Positions 34,996 to 44,455 of a DNA stretch of 64,000 nucleotides are shown piece after piece. This stretch comes from Minisyncoccota bacterium (lineage in GTDB: Archaea > Nanobdellota > Nanobdellia > Pacearchaeales > GW2011-AR1), in contig DAOTCN010000002.1 in assembly GCA_035453125.1 (NCBI GenBank), forward strand, positions 138,715-202,714. The letters run 5' to 3'. Position 1 is the first letter of the stretch, and the number at the start of each line of letters is the position of its first letter. Both the position numbers and the translations under genes were made by a program. The notes below the pieces were generated by a model. It made no database searches and was not told the DNA's origin. It was given only the letters and a program-made list of their open reading frames with translations.

Positions 34996-35550
34996 ATGAG
35001 TGAAATAATAAATGAAGTTATAAAATTTGTTGAAGAAGAATGTAATAAGCCAACAAGTAATTATGGTTATGATGCTTTTGATCATTTAATTCATGTTAAA
35101 AATTATGCTGAAGTATTAGCAAAAAGATATGAAGCAGATTTAGAAGTTGTGATATTAGCAGCTTTATTGTATGATATTGGATCAATTAGGGTTGGAAGAG
35201 AAAATCATCATATTGAAGGCATAAAAATTACTGAAAAAAAGTTAAAAGAATTAAATTATCATCCGGAAAAAATTGAATTAGTTAAAAAATGTATTTTTAA
35301 TCATAGAGGTTCTGTAAATAATTTAAAAGAAACTAAAGAGGAGATTATTGCAGATGCAGATTCTATGGTTTGTTTCGATAATATTGACGGGTTATTTTCT
35401 GCTGCATTAGTTTATGAGAAAAAACAAAGATTAGAAGCTAAAAAATCTGTTTTAAATAAGATAAAAAATTCATGGAATAAACTATCTTTTAAAGAATCAA
35501 AAATAATTATTAAACCCAAATATGAAGCAGCTTTGTTACTTTTAACTTAA
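34996..35550 (+). CDS. HD-domain phosphohydrolase
   Basis: HLIHVKNYAE...AALLYDIG...NHH, an HD superfamily pattern. ATG at 34996 lies right after the DP1 stop. Confidence 0.6.
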   Translation: MSEIINEVIKFVEEECNKPTSNYGYDAFDHLIHVKNYAEVLAKRYEADLEVVILAALLYDIGSIRVGRENHHIEGIKITEKKLKELNYHPEKIELVKKCIFNHRGSVNNLKETKEEIIADADSMVCFDNIDGLFSAALVYEKKQRLEAKKSVLNKIKNSWNKLSFKESKIIIKPKYEAALLLLT

Positions 35551-35551
35551 A

Positions 35552-38500
35552 ATGCAAACTGAAAAATATTTTCATTATTTTGAAGACCAAATTAAATTAG
35601 CTTATGAAGTAGCTGAACAGGCAAGATCAAAAGGTTTAGATCCTGTAAATAAAGTTGAAATTCCTCTTGCTAAAAATCTTGCTGAAAAAACTGTTGGATT
35701 AATTTCAACTATGTATCCTCAAGTTGATGACCCCAAAATTGTTAAAAGAATTATTGAGCTTGAAAAAGAATATGGGGCTTTAGATTTAGGTGTTTGTCTT
35801 AAAATTGCAGAGGAAGTTGCTAAAGAAAAGTTTTGTAAATTTGAAAGTCTTCAACAAGGTATTGAAGCAGGGATACGAATTGGTTTTGCTTATATTACTT
35901 TGGGAGTTGTTAGTTCTCCAATTGAAGGTTTTACAGGAATTAAAATTAAAAAGACAAGAGATGGAAAAGATTATTTTGCTTGTTATTATTCAGGACCAAT
36001 AAGAAGTGCAGGAGGTACTGGAGCAACATTTTCTTTAATGATTATTGATCATTTAAGAGAAGTTTTTGGTTTTGCTAAATATGATCCTACTGAACAAGAA
36101 ATAAAAAGATTTGTGACAGAAATTTTTGATTATCATGAAAGAGTAACTAACTTGCAATATTTACCAACTGAAGAAGAATCTTTGTTTATTGCATCAAATC
36201 TTCCAATACAAGTTACAGGTGAACCCTCTGAAAAAATTGAAGTTTCAAATTATAAAGATATTGATAGAATTGAAACAAATATTTTAAGAAGTGGTGCTTG
36301 TTTGATTATTGCTGAAGGTATTGCTCAAAAAGCACCAAAAGCATTAAGAGTTTTAAAAAGTTTAAGAGAAAGAGGTTTTAAATTAAGTGATTGGGATTTT
36401 TTAGAGGAATACTGTAAAATTCATGAAAAAAGATCTAAAGGGACAAAAAATTCTTCACCAACTTACCTTAAAGATATGGTTGCTGGAAGACCGGTTTTTG
36501 GTCATCCAGCAAGATCAGGAGCATTTAGATTTAGATATGGAAGATCAAGGGTAGCTGGATTTTCCGCTGCTTCTGTAAATCCTGCTACAATGATTTTGTC
36601 TGATAATTTTTTGGCTATTGGAACACAACTTAAAATTGAAAAACCTACAAAAGGTTGTGTGATTTCTGTTTGTGATTCTATTGATGGACCTATTGTTAAA
36701 TTTAAAGATGGAAGTGTTAAACAAATAAACAATTTTGAAGAATCAAAAGGATTATACAAAGATATTGAAGAAATAATTTATTTAGGGGATATTTTATTCC
36801 CCTTAGGTGATGTTATAAATAGGAATCATCCTTTAATTAAACCAGGATATGTTGAAGAATGGTGGAATTTAGAATTAGATAAGATAGGACAAAAAATTAA
36901 AAATTATCAAAATGTTTCTTTTGATGATGCTATTAATTTATCTGAAAAATTTAGAGTACCTATTTATCCTAAATTCATTTATTTTTGGACTCAGATTAAT
37001 CATGAGCAATTCTTAGAACTTTTAAGATGGCTTTCTTATGCAAGATTAAATAATAAAATAATTTTACCATATAACACTACTGAAAAGGAAAATTTTAAAA
37101 TTGGTAAACGAGCTTTAGAGTTATTAGGAATAGAACATGAGATATCTATTGAAAATGTAATTATCTCAGAAATAACAAGTAAAGCATTATTTGTTAATTT
37201 AGGTCTTGATATTGATTTGTTCAATAAAGAAGATTATTTTATTGAAAAAGAAGTTAACGAAATAGCAGAAAAAGCAATGAGTTATTTAAACATAAAATCT
37301 GAAAATAAAAATGTTTTAGAAACAATAAATTTTCTTTCAGATTTTACTATTAAAGACAAAGCTGGAGAGTTTATTGGAACAAGAATGGGTAGGCCTGAAA
37401 AAGCTAAACTAAGAAAATTAACTGGAAGTCCTCATGTTTTATTTTCAATTGGAGAAGAGGGTGGAAGATTTAGAAGTGTTCAAGAAGCTTGTTTAACAGA
37501 GGGAGTAAATGCAGAATTTCCTCTTTTTTATTGTGAAAATTGTGATAAATTGACTATTTATCCTAAATGCGAGTTTTGTGATAAGTTAACTAAAAAAAGA
37601 AGTTATTGTCCTATTTGCGATAAAATTTTTAATTTAGAAAAGTGTCAAGAGCATAATATTGGACAAGGATATAGTAAAAGAAAAATAAACATAACTGAAT
37701 ATTTTAATAAGGCTGTTAAAGATTTAAGATTAAATAATGGAGATATACCTGTGTTAATTAAAGGAATTAGAGGAACTTCATCTCAAGATCATCTTGTAGA
37801 AAATTTAGCAAAAGGATTTTTAAGAGCAAGTTTTAATTTAAATGTGAATAAAGATGGAACTATAAGGTATGATATGACTGAACTGCCTATAACACATTTT
37901 AAACCAAAGGAGATTGGAACTAGCTTTGAAAAATTAAGAGAAATTGGTTATACTTTAGATATTTATGGAAAAGAATTATTTGATGATGATCAAATATTGG
38001 AGTTAATGCCTCATGATATTATTTTACCTTGTTCTGCTGATTCAGGTGATGAAAGAGCTGATGAAGTTTTCATTTCTATAGCTAAGTTTATTGATTTATT
38101 ATTAGAACGCTTTTATGGATTAAAATCTTTTTATAATATTAAAAAAAGAGAAGATTTAGTAGGTCATTTAGCAGTTTGTATGGCTCCTCATAATTGTGCT
38201 GGTGTAATTTCTAGGATTATTGGATTTTCTAAAACTCAAGGATTGCTTGCCAGTCCTTATATGCATGCAGCTATGAGAAGAGACTGTGATGGAGATGAAG
38301 CTGCTGCAATGTTATTGCTTGATGTATTGATTAATTTTTCAAGAAAATATTTACCTTCTCATAGAGGAGGAACACAAGACGCCCCGTTAGTTTTAAATGG
38401 AAAAATTGTTGCTGGCGAGGTTGATGATCAAATACTTGATTTTGAATTAGTTGAAAAATATCCTTTGGAATTATATGAACTAGCTGAAGCTGGAGAACAT

Positions 38501-39037
38501 TCTTCAAAAATAAAAATTGAAATGGTTAAGAATAGAATAAAAAAAGGTATAGATCCTTTTAAAAATATAGGTTATACTCATGAAACAGATGATTTTAATA
38601 AAGGAGTTTTATGTTCATCATACAAACAACTTCCAACTATGAAAGAAAAGGTAGAAAAAGAAATGGAATTATGCACTAAAATACGAGCTGTTGATGCTTC
38701 TGATGTTGCTAGACTTATTATAGAAAGACATTTTATAAGAGATATAAGAGGTAATTTGAGAAAATTTTCAATGCAAGGGTTTAGATGTGTTAAATGTAAT
38801 AGTAAATTTAGAAGACCTCCCTTAAGTGGAGTTTGTTTAAAATGTAATGGAAAAATAATTTTTACAATTTCTGAAGGAGGAATTGTAAAATATCTTGAGC
38901 CTGCTATTGAATTAGTAAATAATTATGATGTACCTGTTTATGTTAAACAAAATATTGAAATGACAAAAAAGTACATTGAAAGTATTTTTGGCAGAGAAGA
39001 AACTAAACAAGTTGATTTGAAGAAATGGTTTGGTTAA
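35552..39037 (+). CDS. dp2: DNA polymerase II (PolD) large subunit DP2
   Basis: 1161 aa. Contains GPIRSAGGTGATFS, MAPHNCAGVISRIIGF, DCDGDE and C-terminal zinc fingers CVKCNSKFRRPPLSGVCLKCNG. No intein-sized insertion. Confidence 0.9.
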   Translation: MQTEKYFHYFEDQIKLAYEVAEQARSKGLDPVNKVEIPLAKNLAEKTVGLISTMYPQVDDPKIVKRIIELEKEYGALDLGVCLKIAEEVAKEKFCKFESLQQGIEAGIRIGFAYITLGVVSSPIEGFTGIKIKKTRDGKDYFACYYSGPIRSAGGTGATFSLMIIDHLREVFGFAKYDPTEQEIKRFVTEIFDYHERVTNLQYLPTEEESLFIASNLPIQVTGEPSEKIEVSNYKDIDRIETNILRSGACLIIAEGIAQKAPKALRVLKSLRERGFKLSDWDFLEEYCKIHEKRSKGTKNSSPTYLKDMVAGRPVFGHPARSGAFRFRYGRSRVAGFSAASVNPATMILSDNFLAIGTQLKIEKPTKGCVISVCDSIDGPIVKFKDGSVKQINNFEESKGLYKDIEEIIYLGDILFPLGDVINRNHPLIKPGYVEEWWNLELDKIGQKIKNYQNVSFDDAINLSEKFRVPIYPKFIYFWTQINHEQFLELLRWLSYARLNNKIILPYNTTEKENFKIGKRALELLGIEHEISIENVIISEITSKALFVNLGLDIDLFNKEDYFIEKEVNEIAEKAMSYLNIKSENKNVLETINFLSDFTIKDKAGEFIGTRMGRPEKAKLRKLTGSPHVLFSIGEEGGRFRSVQEACLTEGVNAEFPLFYCENCDKLTIYPKCEFCDKLTKKRSYCPICDKIFNLEKCQEHNIGQGYSKRKINITEYFNKAVKDLRLNNGDIPVLIKGIRGTSSQDHLVENLAKGFLRASFNLNVNKDGTIRYDMTELPITHFKPKEIGTSFEKLREIGYTLDIYGKELFDDDQILELMPHDIILPCSADSGDERADEVFISIAKFIDLLLERFYGLKSFYNIKKREDLVGHLAVCMAPHNCAGVISRIIGFSKTQGLLASPYMHAAMRRDCDGDEAAAMLLLDVLINFSRKYLPSHRGGTQDAPLVLNGKIVAGEVDDQILDFELVEKYPLELYELAEAGEHSSKIKIEMVKNRIKKGIDPFKNIGYTHETDDFNKGVLCSSYKQLPTMKEKVEKEMELCTKIRAVDASDVARLIIERHFIRDIRGNLRKFSMQGFRCVKCNSKFRRPPLSGVCLKCNGKIIFTISEGGIVKYLEPAIELVNNYDVPVYVKQNIEMTKKYIESIFGREETKQVDLKKWFG

Positions 39038-39171
39038 TTGTTTTTGGATAACATGTTTCTTAAGGTTAAATATCTCGTGTGGCGTTTATTCATTAACGAC
39101 GATAAAAAATTTAGGGAGGGCTCCCGGTAAGCGTTTAACTGAAACTTCAAATTTAAAAAGATTATATCCCT

Positions 39172-39798
39172 TTGAATAACATGAAAATAAACAAAGATAA
39201 TTCAATAATAACCCTTATTCTAATTAATCTTATTCCCCTTTTCGGATTTTTATTCTTTGACTGGTCGAGTTTATCAATAATATTATTTTACTGGATTGAA
39301 TGTGCAGTTCTTATCTTTTTTGGATTGATTAAGATGATCATGATAGTCAAGTACGACCCCTCACAAAAAAATAGAATATTAGGATATTTTTTTAGTATAA
39401 TAATATTCCTTTTTTTCTATGGTGGAATAATGGCGCTATTGTTCTTCTTATTAATTGGGCTTTCACTACCAGGAATGACTTCAAGTGAAGTATCCCCAAT
39501 ACTTATAAAAGAGCTTTTTATGGTTTTACCCTCTTCCTTCTCTTTATTACTGCATCATGGATACTCTTTCTTTTTAAACTTCATAAGAAAAAAAGAATAT
39601 GTAAGAGGCGATTCTTCTAAGAATCAAAATTGGGTGCCGTATCTTCATATGAGAATTATGGCTCTTGGCTTAACTCTGTTTGCAGGTCTTTTTTTAATAT
39701 TGATTTTTAAGCTTCCGGTAGCATTCATAATTTTATTTTTGTTTGCAAAAACACTTTTAGACATAACATTCCATAATCAAGAGCATGAAAACTTTTAG
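39172..39798 (+). CDS. polytopic membrane protein (DUF6498-like)
   Basis: 208 aa with 6 TM segments and N-terminal FFDWSSLSIILFYWIECAVL. Confidence 0.35.
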   Translation: MNNMKINKDNSIITLILINLIPLFGFLFFDWSSLSIILFYWIECAVLIFFGLIKMIMIVKYDPSQKNRILGYFFSIIIFLFFYGGIMALLFFLLIGLSLPGMTSSEVSPILIKELFMVLPSSFSLLLHHGYSFFLNFIRKKEYVRGDSSKNQNWVPYLHMRIMALGLTLFAGLFLILIFKLPVAFIILFLFAKTLLDITFHNQEHENF

Positions 39799-39950
39799 GT
39801 TTCTTTTCATTTGACACAAAAGCAATCGATTTGAACGTCTTGATTACTTTTTAAAAACTAATAATTATTTAGTAATCTATGGATGTTCGGTCAAGGTTTC
39901 TTACAAATGATAAGAAAAATTCAGAAATTATTGAGGAAAATGTTTGGGAG

Positions 39951-39967
39951 TTAATCCTTAGGATTAA
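39951..39967. promoter_or_regulatory. 17-bp palindrome TTAATCCTTAGGATTAA, copy 1 (upstream of the toxin-antitoxin pair)
   Basis: Perfect inverted repeat TTAATCC-TTA-GGATTAA, followed by an extra GGATTAAGG half-site. Confidence 0.7.
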
Positions 39968-40034
39968 GTAATCGTGGTAGGATTAAGGTGGAAGAAACAA
40001 AACATTTATATACTACTTATAGTTACTATATAAC

Positions 40035-40271
40035 ATGGAAAAAACAACAATACAGATAAATATCGAAACACTTGAAAGACTGAAAGCCCTTAAAAATATG
40101 GAAAGACAATCTTATGATGAAGTGCTAAATAATCTTATAAATAATTGTGAAGAAGAAAGTTTAAGCGAAGAAGAGATTAATGAAATCCAAAAAGGTTTAG
40201 ATGATATTAAAAGAGGAAAAGTTTATTCTATTGAATCTGTTGCAAGAGAATTAGGAATAGCTCTCAAATAA
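40035..40271 (+). CDS. ribbon-helix-helix (CopG/RelB-type) antitoxin
   Basis: N-terminal beta-strand plus helices (TTIQINIETLERLKALKNMERQSYDEVLNNLI). Stops 1 nt before the RelE-like gene. Confidence 0.6.
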   Translation: MEKTTIQINIETLERLKALKNMERQSYDEVLNNLINNCEEESLSEEEINEIQKGLDDIKRGKVYSIESVARELGIALK

Positions 40272-40272
40272 A

Positions 40273-40524
40273 ATGTTTCAAATAGAATTAACTGAAACAT
40301 CAAAAGATTTTCTTAAAAAATTACAAAAAAAGGATGCTGAAATTGTTTTAAGTAAAATTTACTCGATAAGGGAGAATCCTTATAGATTTCTTAAAAGATT
40401 GCAAGGTGAAAAACTATGGAGATTAAGAATTGGAGATTATAGAGCAATTGTTGATGTTATAGTTTCTATAAATAAAATTATTGTTTTAAGAATAGGGTAC
40501 AGAAAGAATATTTATGATAGATAA
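40273..40524 (+). CDS. relE: RelE/ParE-family type II toxin
   Basis: 83 aa. LWRLRIGDYRAIVDV....IIVLRIGYRKNIY is the typical RelE/ParE C-terminal core. Confidence 0.75.
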   Translation: MFQIELTETSKDFLKKLQKKDAEIVLSKIYSIRENPYRFLKRLQGEKLWRLRIGDYRAIVDVIVSINKIIVLRIGYRKNIYDR

Positions 40525-40543
40525 TCAAGCAAAAAGTAGAGAG

Positions 40544-40612
40544 TTAATCCTTAGGATTAATTATTTTTAACCTTATTTTAACTCTTGTATAACTTTAAAT
40601 AGATGTATTTCT
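40544..40612 (+). repeat. palindrome copy 2 plus a conserved promoter-like segment (TATA-like CTTTAAATAG at 40593-40602)
   Basis: TTAATCCTTAGGATTAATTATTTTTAACCTTATTTTAACTCTTGTATAACTTTAAATAGATGTATTT. Aligns with 40957-41025. Confidence 0.7.
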
Positions 40613-40636
40613 TAAGTAGATTATTAAAAGAGGAAA

Positions 40637-40903
40637 ATGAAATCTAAATTTAATACATTACTTTTTTCTCCAATAAATATAATTCTAATCATAATACTAG
40701 TTATTTTTATCTTTTTTTCATCAGTTATGTTATGTAATGATTGTTTACCTGCTCCCGGAATTGATTGTGGTTATTGTAATGGTTGTCATTATCAAATTGA
40801 TTGTTGGACAAAAGGATTAATTCCAAATAGTTATATGCTAACAGGCATAATAGTTGTTATTTATCTAATTGTATTTATTATAATATACAAATTTAAGAAA
40901 TAA
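40637..40903 (+). CDS. small Cys-rich membrane protein
   Basis: 88 aa with two TM helices flanking CNDCLPAPGIDCGYCNGCHYQIDC. Confidence 0.4.
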   Translation: MKSKFNTLLFSPINIILIIILVIFIFFSSVMLCNDCLPAPGIDCGYCNGCHYQIDCWTKGLIPNSYMLTGIIVVIYLIVFIIIYKFKK

Positions 40904-40956
40904 TTATTTTAGTGCTCCTTCTTTTCTCCTTTTAGGATTAAATCTCTTGTTAGGCA

Positions 40957-41025
40957 TTAATCCTTAGGATAAATTATTTTTAATCTTATTTGAACCTTTA
41001 CATAACTTTAAATAGGTATATTTTT
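40957..41025 (+). repeat. palindrome copy 3 (TTAATCCTTAGGATAA) plus a conserved promoter-like segment (TATA-like box at 41006-41015)
   Basis: TTAATCCTTAGGATAAATTATTTTTAATCTTATTTGAACCTTTACATAACTTTAAATAGGTATATTT. An extra half-site TTAGGATTAAAT lies at 40931-40942. Confidence 0.7.
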
Positions 41026-41062
41026 TATTATTTATAGCCAAGAAATAGAAAGTATAAGAGCG

Positions 41063-41527
41063 ATGTTTAAGAGTATTGGCATTAGTCAAGATTCAAAGAT
41101 TCGTGATCGAGAAATCTTTTTGGCAGAAAAATACGATTGTAAGGAGTGTAAAGAAATGAGTAAAAGATTATACATAGGTAATCTGCCCTTTAGTGTAACT
41201 AACGACGCTTTGAAACAACTTTTTTCTGAATATGGTGAAATTTCAGAATCAGGTGTTGTTGTTAACAAATTTAATGGCCGTTCAAAAGGTTTTGGATTTG
41301 TTACAGTTAGTGATGACTCACAAGCTGAAAAAGCAATTTCTGAAATGAATGGAAAAGAAGTTGAAGGAAGAGCAATTGTTGTTACAGAAGCTAAACCATT
41401 TGATCCAGATAAACCAAGACCAAGAAGAAATTTTGGTGGCGGATTTGGTGGTAGAAGAGAAGGTGGTTTTAATAGAGATAGAGGAAGATCCTTTGGAAGA
41501 AGAAGTTATAGTAGAGATGAAGAATAA
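41063..41527 (+). CDS. RRM-domain RNA-binding protein with RGG/glycine-arginine tail
   Basis: RNP2 LYIGNL and RNP1 KGFGFV. Tail is RRNFGGGFGGRREGGFNRDRGRSFGRR. Alternative start ATG at 41156 is preceded by AAGGAG. Confidence 0.85.
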   Translation: MFKSIGISQDSKIRDREIFLAEKYDCKECKEMSKRLYIGNLPFSVTNDALKQLFSEYGEISESGVVVNKFNGRSKGFGFVTVSDDSQAEKAISEMNGKEVEGRAIVVTEAKPFDPDKPRPRRNFGGGFGGRREGGFNRDRGRSFGRRSYSRDEE

Positions 41528-41724
41528 ACTATAAAGAAATAAATTATTTTATTAGTTTTTTTATTTTTTAAAACGTAAAGATATAAAAAGAGGTATTTTT
41601 TAATATTTTTATATAGAGGTGTAATAAAATGTGTTCAATTTGTGGTTGTAAAAAGAAAACAATAAAAAAGAAAAAAAGGTAGATTAATCAAATTTTTATT
41701 AAATTACAAATATTTTAAGTTAAA

Positions 41725-42111
41725 ATGAATAATTTAAAACAAGAAGTTCAAAGGTTAAAATCACATATTGAGGAAGTTGAGAATACAAATAAAGAGTTAA
41801 ATAAAAAGCTTGCTCAAAAGGTTGCAAAACATGTTGTAACAAAAACTAAAAAATCTGCATCTGCATTTAAAACAGAATTTAAGAAACAAACAGTTACAGC
41901 AATTACTGCTGCATTTGCATTTTTAATTGCATTTGCTTGGAGAGATGCAATAAATGATTGGATTACAAATTTCATAACTAAACTAGGCTTAAGTGAACAG
42001 TTAGTATTATATAAATTTTTTTTAGCAATTATAATTACAGTTATTTGTGTTGTTTTTTTAGTAATATTAACCAGATGGAGTTCAAAAGATGAGAATAATC
42101 AGGAACAATAA
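41725..42111 (+). CDS. coiled-coil plus 2-TM membrane protein (DUF5654-like)
   Basis: TAITAAFAFLIAFAWRDAINDWI segment. 128 aa. Confidence 0.4.
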   Translation: MNNLKQEVQRLKSHIEEVENTNKELNKKLAQKVAKHVVTKTKKSASAFKTEFKKQTVTAITAAFAFLIAFAWRDAINDWITNFITKLGLSEQLVLYKFFLAIIITVICVVFLVILTRWSSKDENNQEQ

Positions 42112-42529
42112 AGGATTAATTAAAATAATTGGAAGCATAATTTTAATAGTTATTATTTTAATAGTTTTAACTGGAATTTATTTTTATTATTTTCATGTTT
42201 TTAAAGAATTTAAAGTATGTATCTCTAATTCAGGAGTTATAACTCAAGTCCCTTGTATTAACAATTCAGAATGTGTTGACATATTTCTTGAAGAAAAAGG
42301 GTTGAATGGTCAAATCAATTCTTTTCCGGAATTTGTTAAACCTTATTTAAATGATATTTTTAATAAATCAATTTATTGTTCTCAGACTTGTAGGTATAAA
42401 GAAATATATGGAAATCTTGATGAAAAAATAATAGATAAATGTGAAGAAAATGATCAAGAAGTTAGTTATAAAATTCATGGAAAAGAAGGATTACAATGGT
42501 TAGTTTATAAGTTTAAACAAAAAAATTAG
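42089..42529 (+). CDS. N-terminally anchored Cys-containing extracellular protein
   Basis: 146 aa with a single N-terminal TM helix. Confidence 0.35.
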   Translation: MRIIRNNKGLIKIIGSIILIVIILIVLTGIYFYYFHVFKEFKVCISNSGVITQVPCINNSECVDIFLEEKGLNGQINSFPEFVKPYLNDIFNKSIYCSQTCRYKEIYGNLDEKIIDKCEENDQEVSYKIHGKEGLQWLVYKFKQKN

Positions 42530-43719
42530 ATTAAATAGTATAATATTGTAGGTATTACTAAACAAGACATTAAACTAATTCTTTTTACATTTGATAAAAC
42601 ACCAAATATTCCAACAGTTGTAGAAATTATTAAGATAAATAAACCTGGAAGACCAGATATTAAAAAAGTAATAAAAATTATTAAACAAATTATTACAAAT
42701 GAAATTTTTTGGTAGTTGATTTTGTTTATTATTTTTGAGAATTTTTTTGTTATATACAAAGTTATAAAAAAACAAAAGATACTTGAAACAATTATTGTGA
42801 ATATAATTAAAATTAAATCATTTATTGTTAAGTTTTGAGTGATTGAGCTTATATTTGCAGCAATTCCTGTGCGATATTTGCCCAATGAAAAAAGAACTAT
42901 AAAACTTAAACATAAGATAAGGATATTGATTATGCCTATTAAAACTAAAAAGGCTCTTTTAGACAGATTAAATATTGAAGCACCAATAAATGAGGCTTGA
43001 CCACTTCCTAATCCTGGAAAAGTTCCACAAAGCGGAGATACTAATAGTGATGCAAGAATTGGTTTTGTTAATTTTTTTAGATTTATTTTTGGTTTTTTTA
43101 TTATTTGTGGAGAAATATCTGTTTTTTGTTTTATGCTGATTATTAGAGAAGATATACCAAATAATCCTGAAAGTAAAGGTAATAAAGGTTCATTTATACT
43201 TGAATTTAAAACAGCTAATCCCAAGAAACCTGAAAGAAAAATGATTATAATTGCAAGAACTTTATTTTTTTCTTTGTATAATATAAATAATAATGAGAAT
43301 GTTAAAACAAAAGGCACAAGATAAACAATTAAATTTTCAATTTTTGGAAGAAGATAAATAAATGCTATTGAGATAAAAATAAAAATTATTGTTCCAATAA
43401 CACAACCAATGCTAGTTAGATAAACTGCTTCATATCCAAAACCTTCTTTTAAAAGTTTGTGGCCAGGAAGAATTGATAAAACTGTTTCTTCTTCAGGAGC
43501 TCCAAGAAATATTGAAGGAATAAAATCAACAAATGTGTGAGCAATTGACATTGAAACAATAAAAACAATCAAAATATTTGGTGTTGTTATTTTAAGAAAG
43601 AAAGCAAGAGAGGATATTAATATTGCTCCAACAAGATTTATGTGAATGCCAGGAGTAAGGCCTGTGATTATTCCTATAGTAACACCGACGATTAAAGCGA
43701 TAATTAACTCAATTATCAT
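42526..43719 (-). CDS. TctA-family (DUF112/COG1784) membrane transporter subunit
   Basis: 397 aa polytopic protein. N-terminus MIIELIIALIVGVTIGIITGLTPGIHINL is typical of the family. Confidence 0.55.
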   Translation of the reverse strand: MIIELIIALIVGVTIGIITGLTPGIHINLVGAILISSLAFFLKITTPNILIVFIVSMSIAHTFVDFIPSIFLGAPEEETVLSILPGHKLLKEGFGYEAVYLTSIGCVIGTIIFIFISIAFIYLLPKIENLIVYLVPFVLTFSLLFILYKEKNKVLAIIIIFLSGFLGLAVLNSSINEPLLPLLSGLFGISSLIISIKQKTDISPQIIKKPKINLKKLTKPILASLLVSPLCGTFPGLGSGQASFIGASIFNLSKRAFLVLIGIINILILCLSFIVLFSLGKYRTGIAANISSITQNLTINDLILIIFTIIVSSIFCFFITLYITKKFSKIINKINYQKISFVIICLIIFITFLISGLPGLFILIISTTVGIFGVLSNVKRISLMSCLVIPTILYYLI

Positions 43720-43886
43720 TTAATTGATTCGTATTCTTTATATTAATGTTTTATTATAACAAATGAATGATGATACTATTATCTTTTTTGAGTTGTTGAG
43801 ATTAATTTATATATAAAGACTGCTAAAGGTTCAAGATGGATTGAAGCAAAGTTATAATTTATAAATATAGATTTATTGATTATAAC

Positions 43887-44129
43887 ATGAATATAATAAA
43901 AAAATGGTGGTTTTGGTTATTAGTAATATTAGCTATAATTCTAGTCTGGTTTTTAATTGGATTTTTTAAGTGTGGTTCTAAATCAAATCCATTCACTTCT
44001 GTAATTGGAGAATGCAGATATGAATGTCCTTCAGGTTGGATTAGTTGTATGCCTGCATTATCTTTTTCTGAAGCAAAATACTGCAGTTGGGTTGGACAAA
44101 ATTGTCCTAATGCTCAAATTGCTGTGTAA
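43887..44129 (+). CDS. small Cys-rich membrane-anchored protein
   Basis: 80 aa with an N-terminal TM helix and six Cys. Confidence 0.35.
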   Translation: MNIIKKWWFWLLVILAIILVWFLIGFFKCGSKSNPFTSVIGECRYECPSGWISCMPALSFSEAKYCSWVGQNCPNAQIAV

Positions 44130-44259
44130 TCAACTCATCTCCGCCATACTTTCCTATCTTTAATGACTTGGGTTGTTGATCTGCTAATTTAAAAGTAATT
44201 CTTATAAGGAAAATGTATGGATTTTCAAAAAAATAATTCCTCATTTGTTTTTTTGAGTT

Positions 44260-44337
44260 TCAAAAGCCTGTGATTATTCCTACAAAAATATCAATTAATA
44301 ATGCTAATAATAATGCTAATGAAATTTCAAGTAGCAT
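44260..44337 (-). pseudogene. remnant of a TctA-like gene N-terminus
   Basis: Minus strand encodes MLLEISLALLLALLIDIFVGIITGF* and shares the DNA string cctgtgattattccta with the 5' end of the intact gene at 43661-43719. Confidence 0.55.
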
Positions 44338-44455
44338 TAAATTATTAATTATTTGCTGTTCTTAATTTTTATTACGTTATCTCTGTGAAAATTAAAAAAA
44401 TTGTTTTCACTTTTTTTAAGAAACATTTATAAACATCTTATTAGTTATTTTTTTA

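Noticed and set aside
35552-39037. Possible intein in PolD DP2 (or in Cdc6 or the Hef helicase), given the presence of a LAGLIDADG gene in the window
   Set aside because: Protein lengths are normal for intein-free versions. No Cys/Ser...His-Asn splice-junction block or extra LAGLIDADG motif is seen inside these ORFs.
39040-39170. GC-richer patch (ctcgtgtggcg...gggagggctcccggtaagcg) as a tRNA fragment or small RNA
   Set aside because: It contains GCTCCCGG, reminiscent of the tRNA-X acceptor, but I could not build any D, anticodon or T arm. Only a short GGGAG/CTCCC hairpin is present, which is insufficient evidence.
41630-41683. 17-codon mini-ORF MCSICGCKKKTIKKKKR
   Set aside because: Too short and low-complexity to support as a gene without expression or conservation data.
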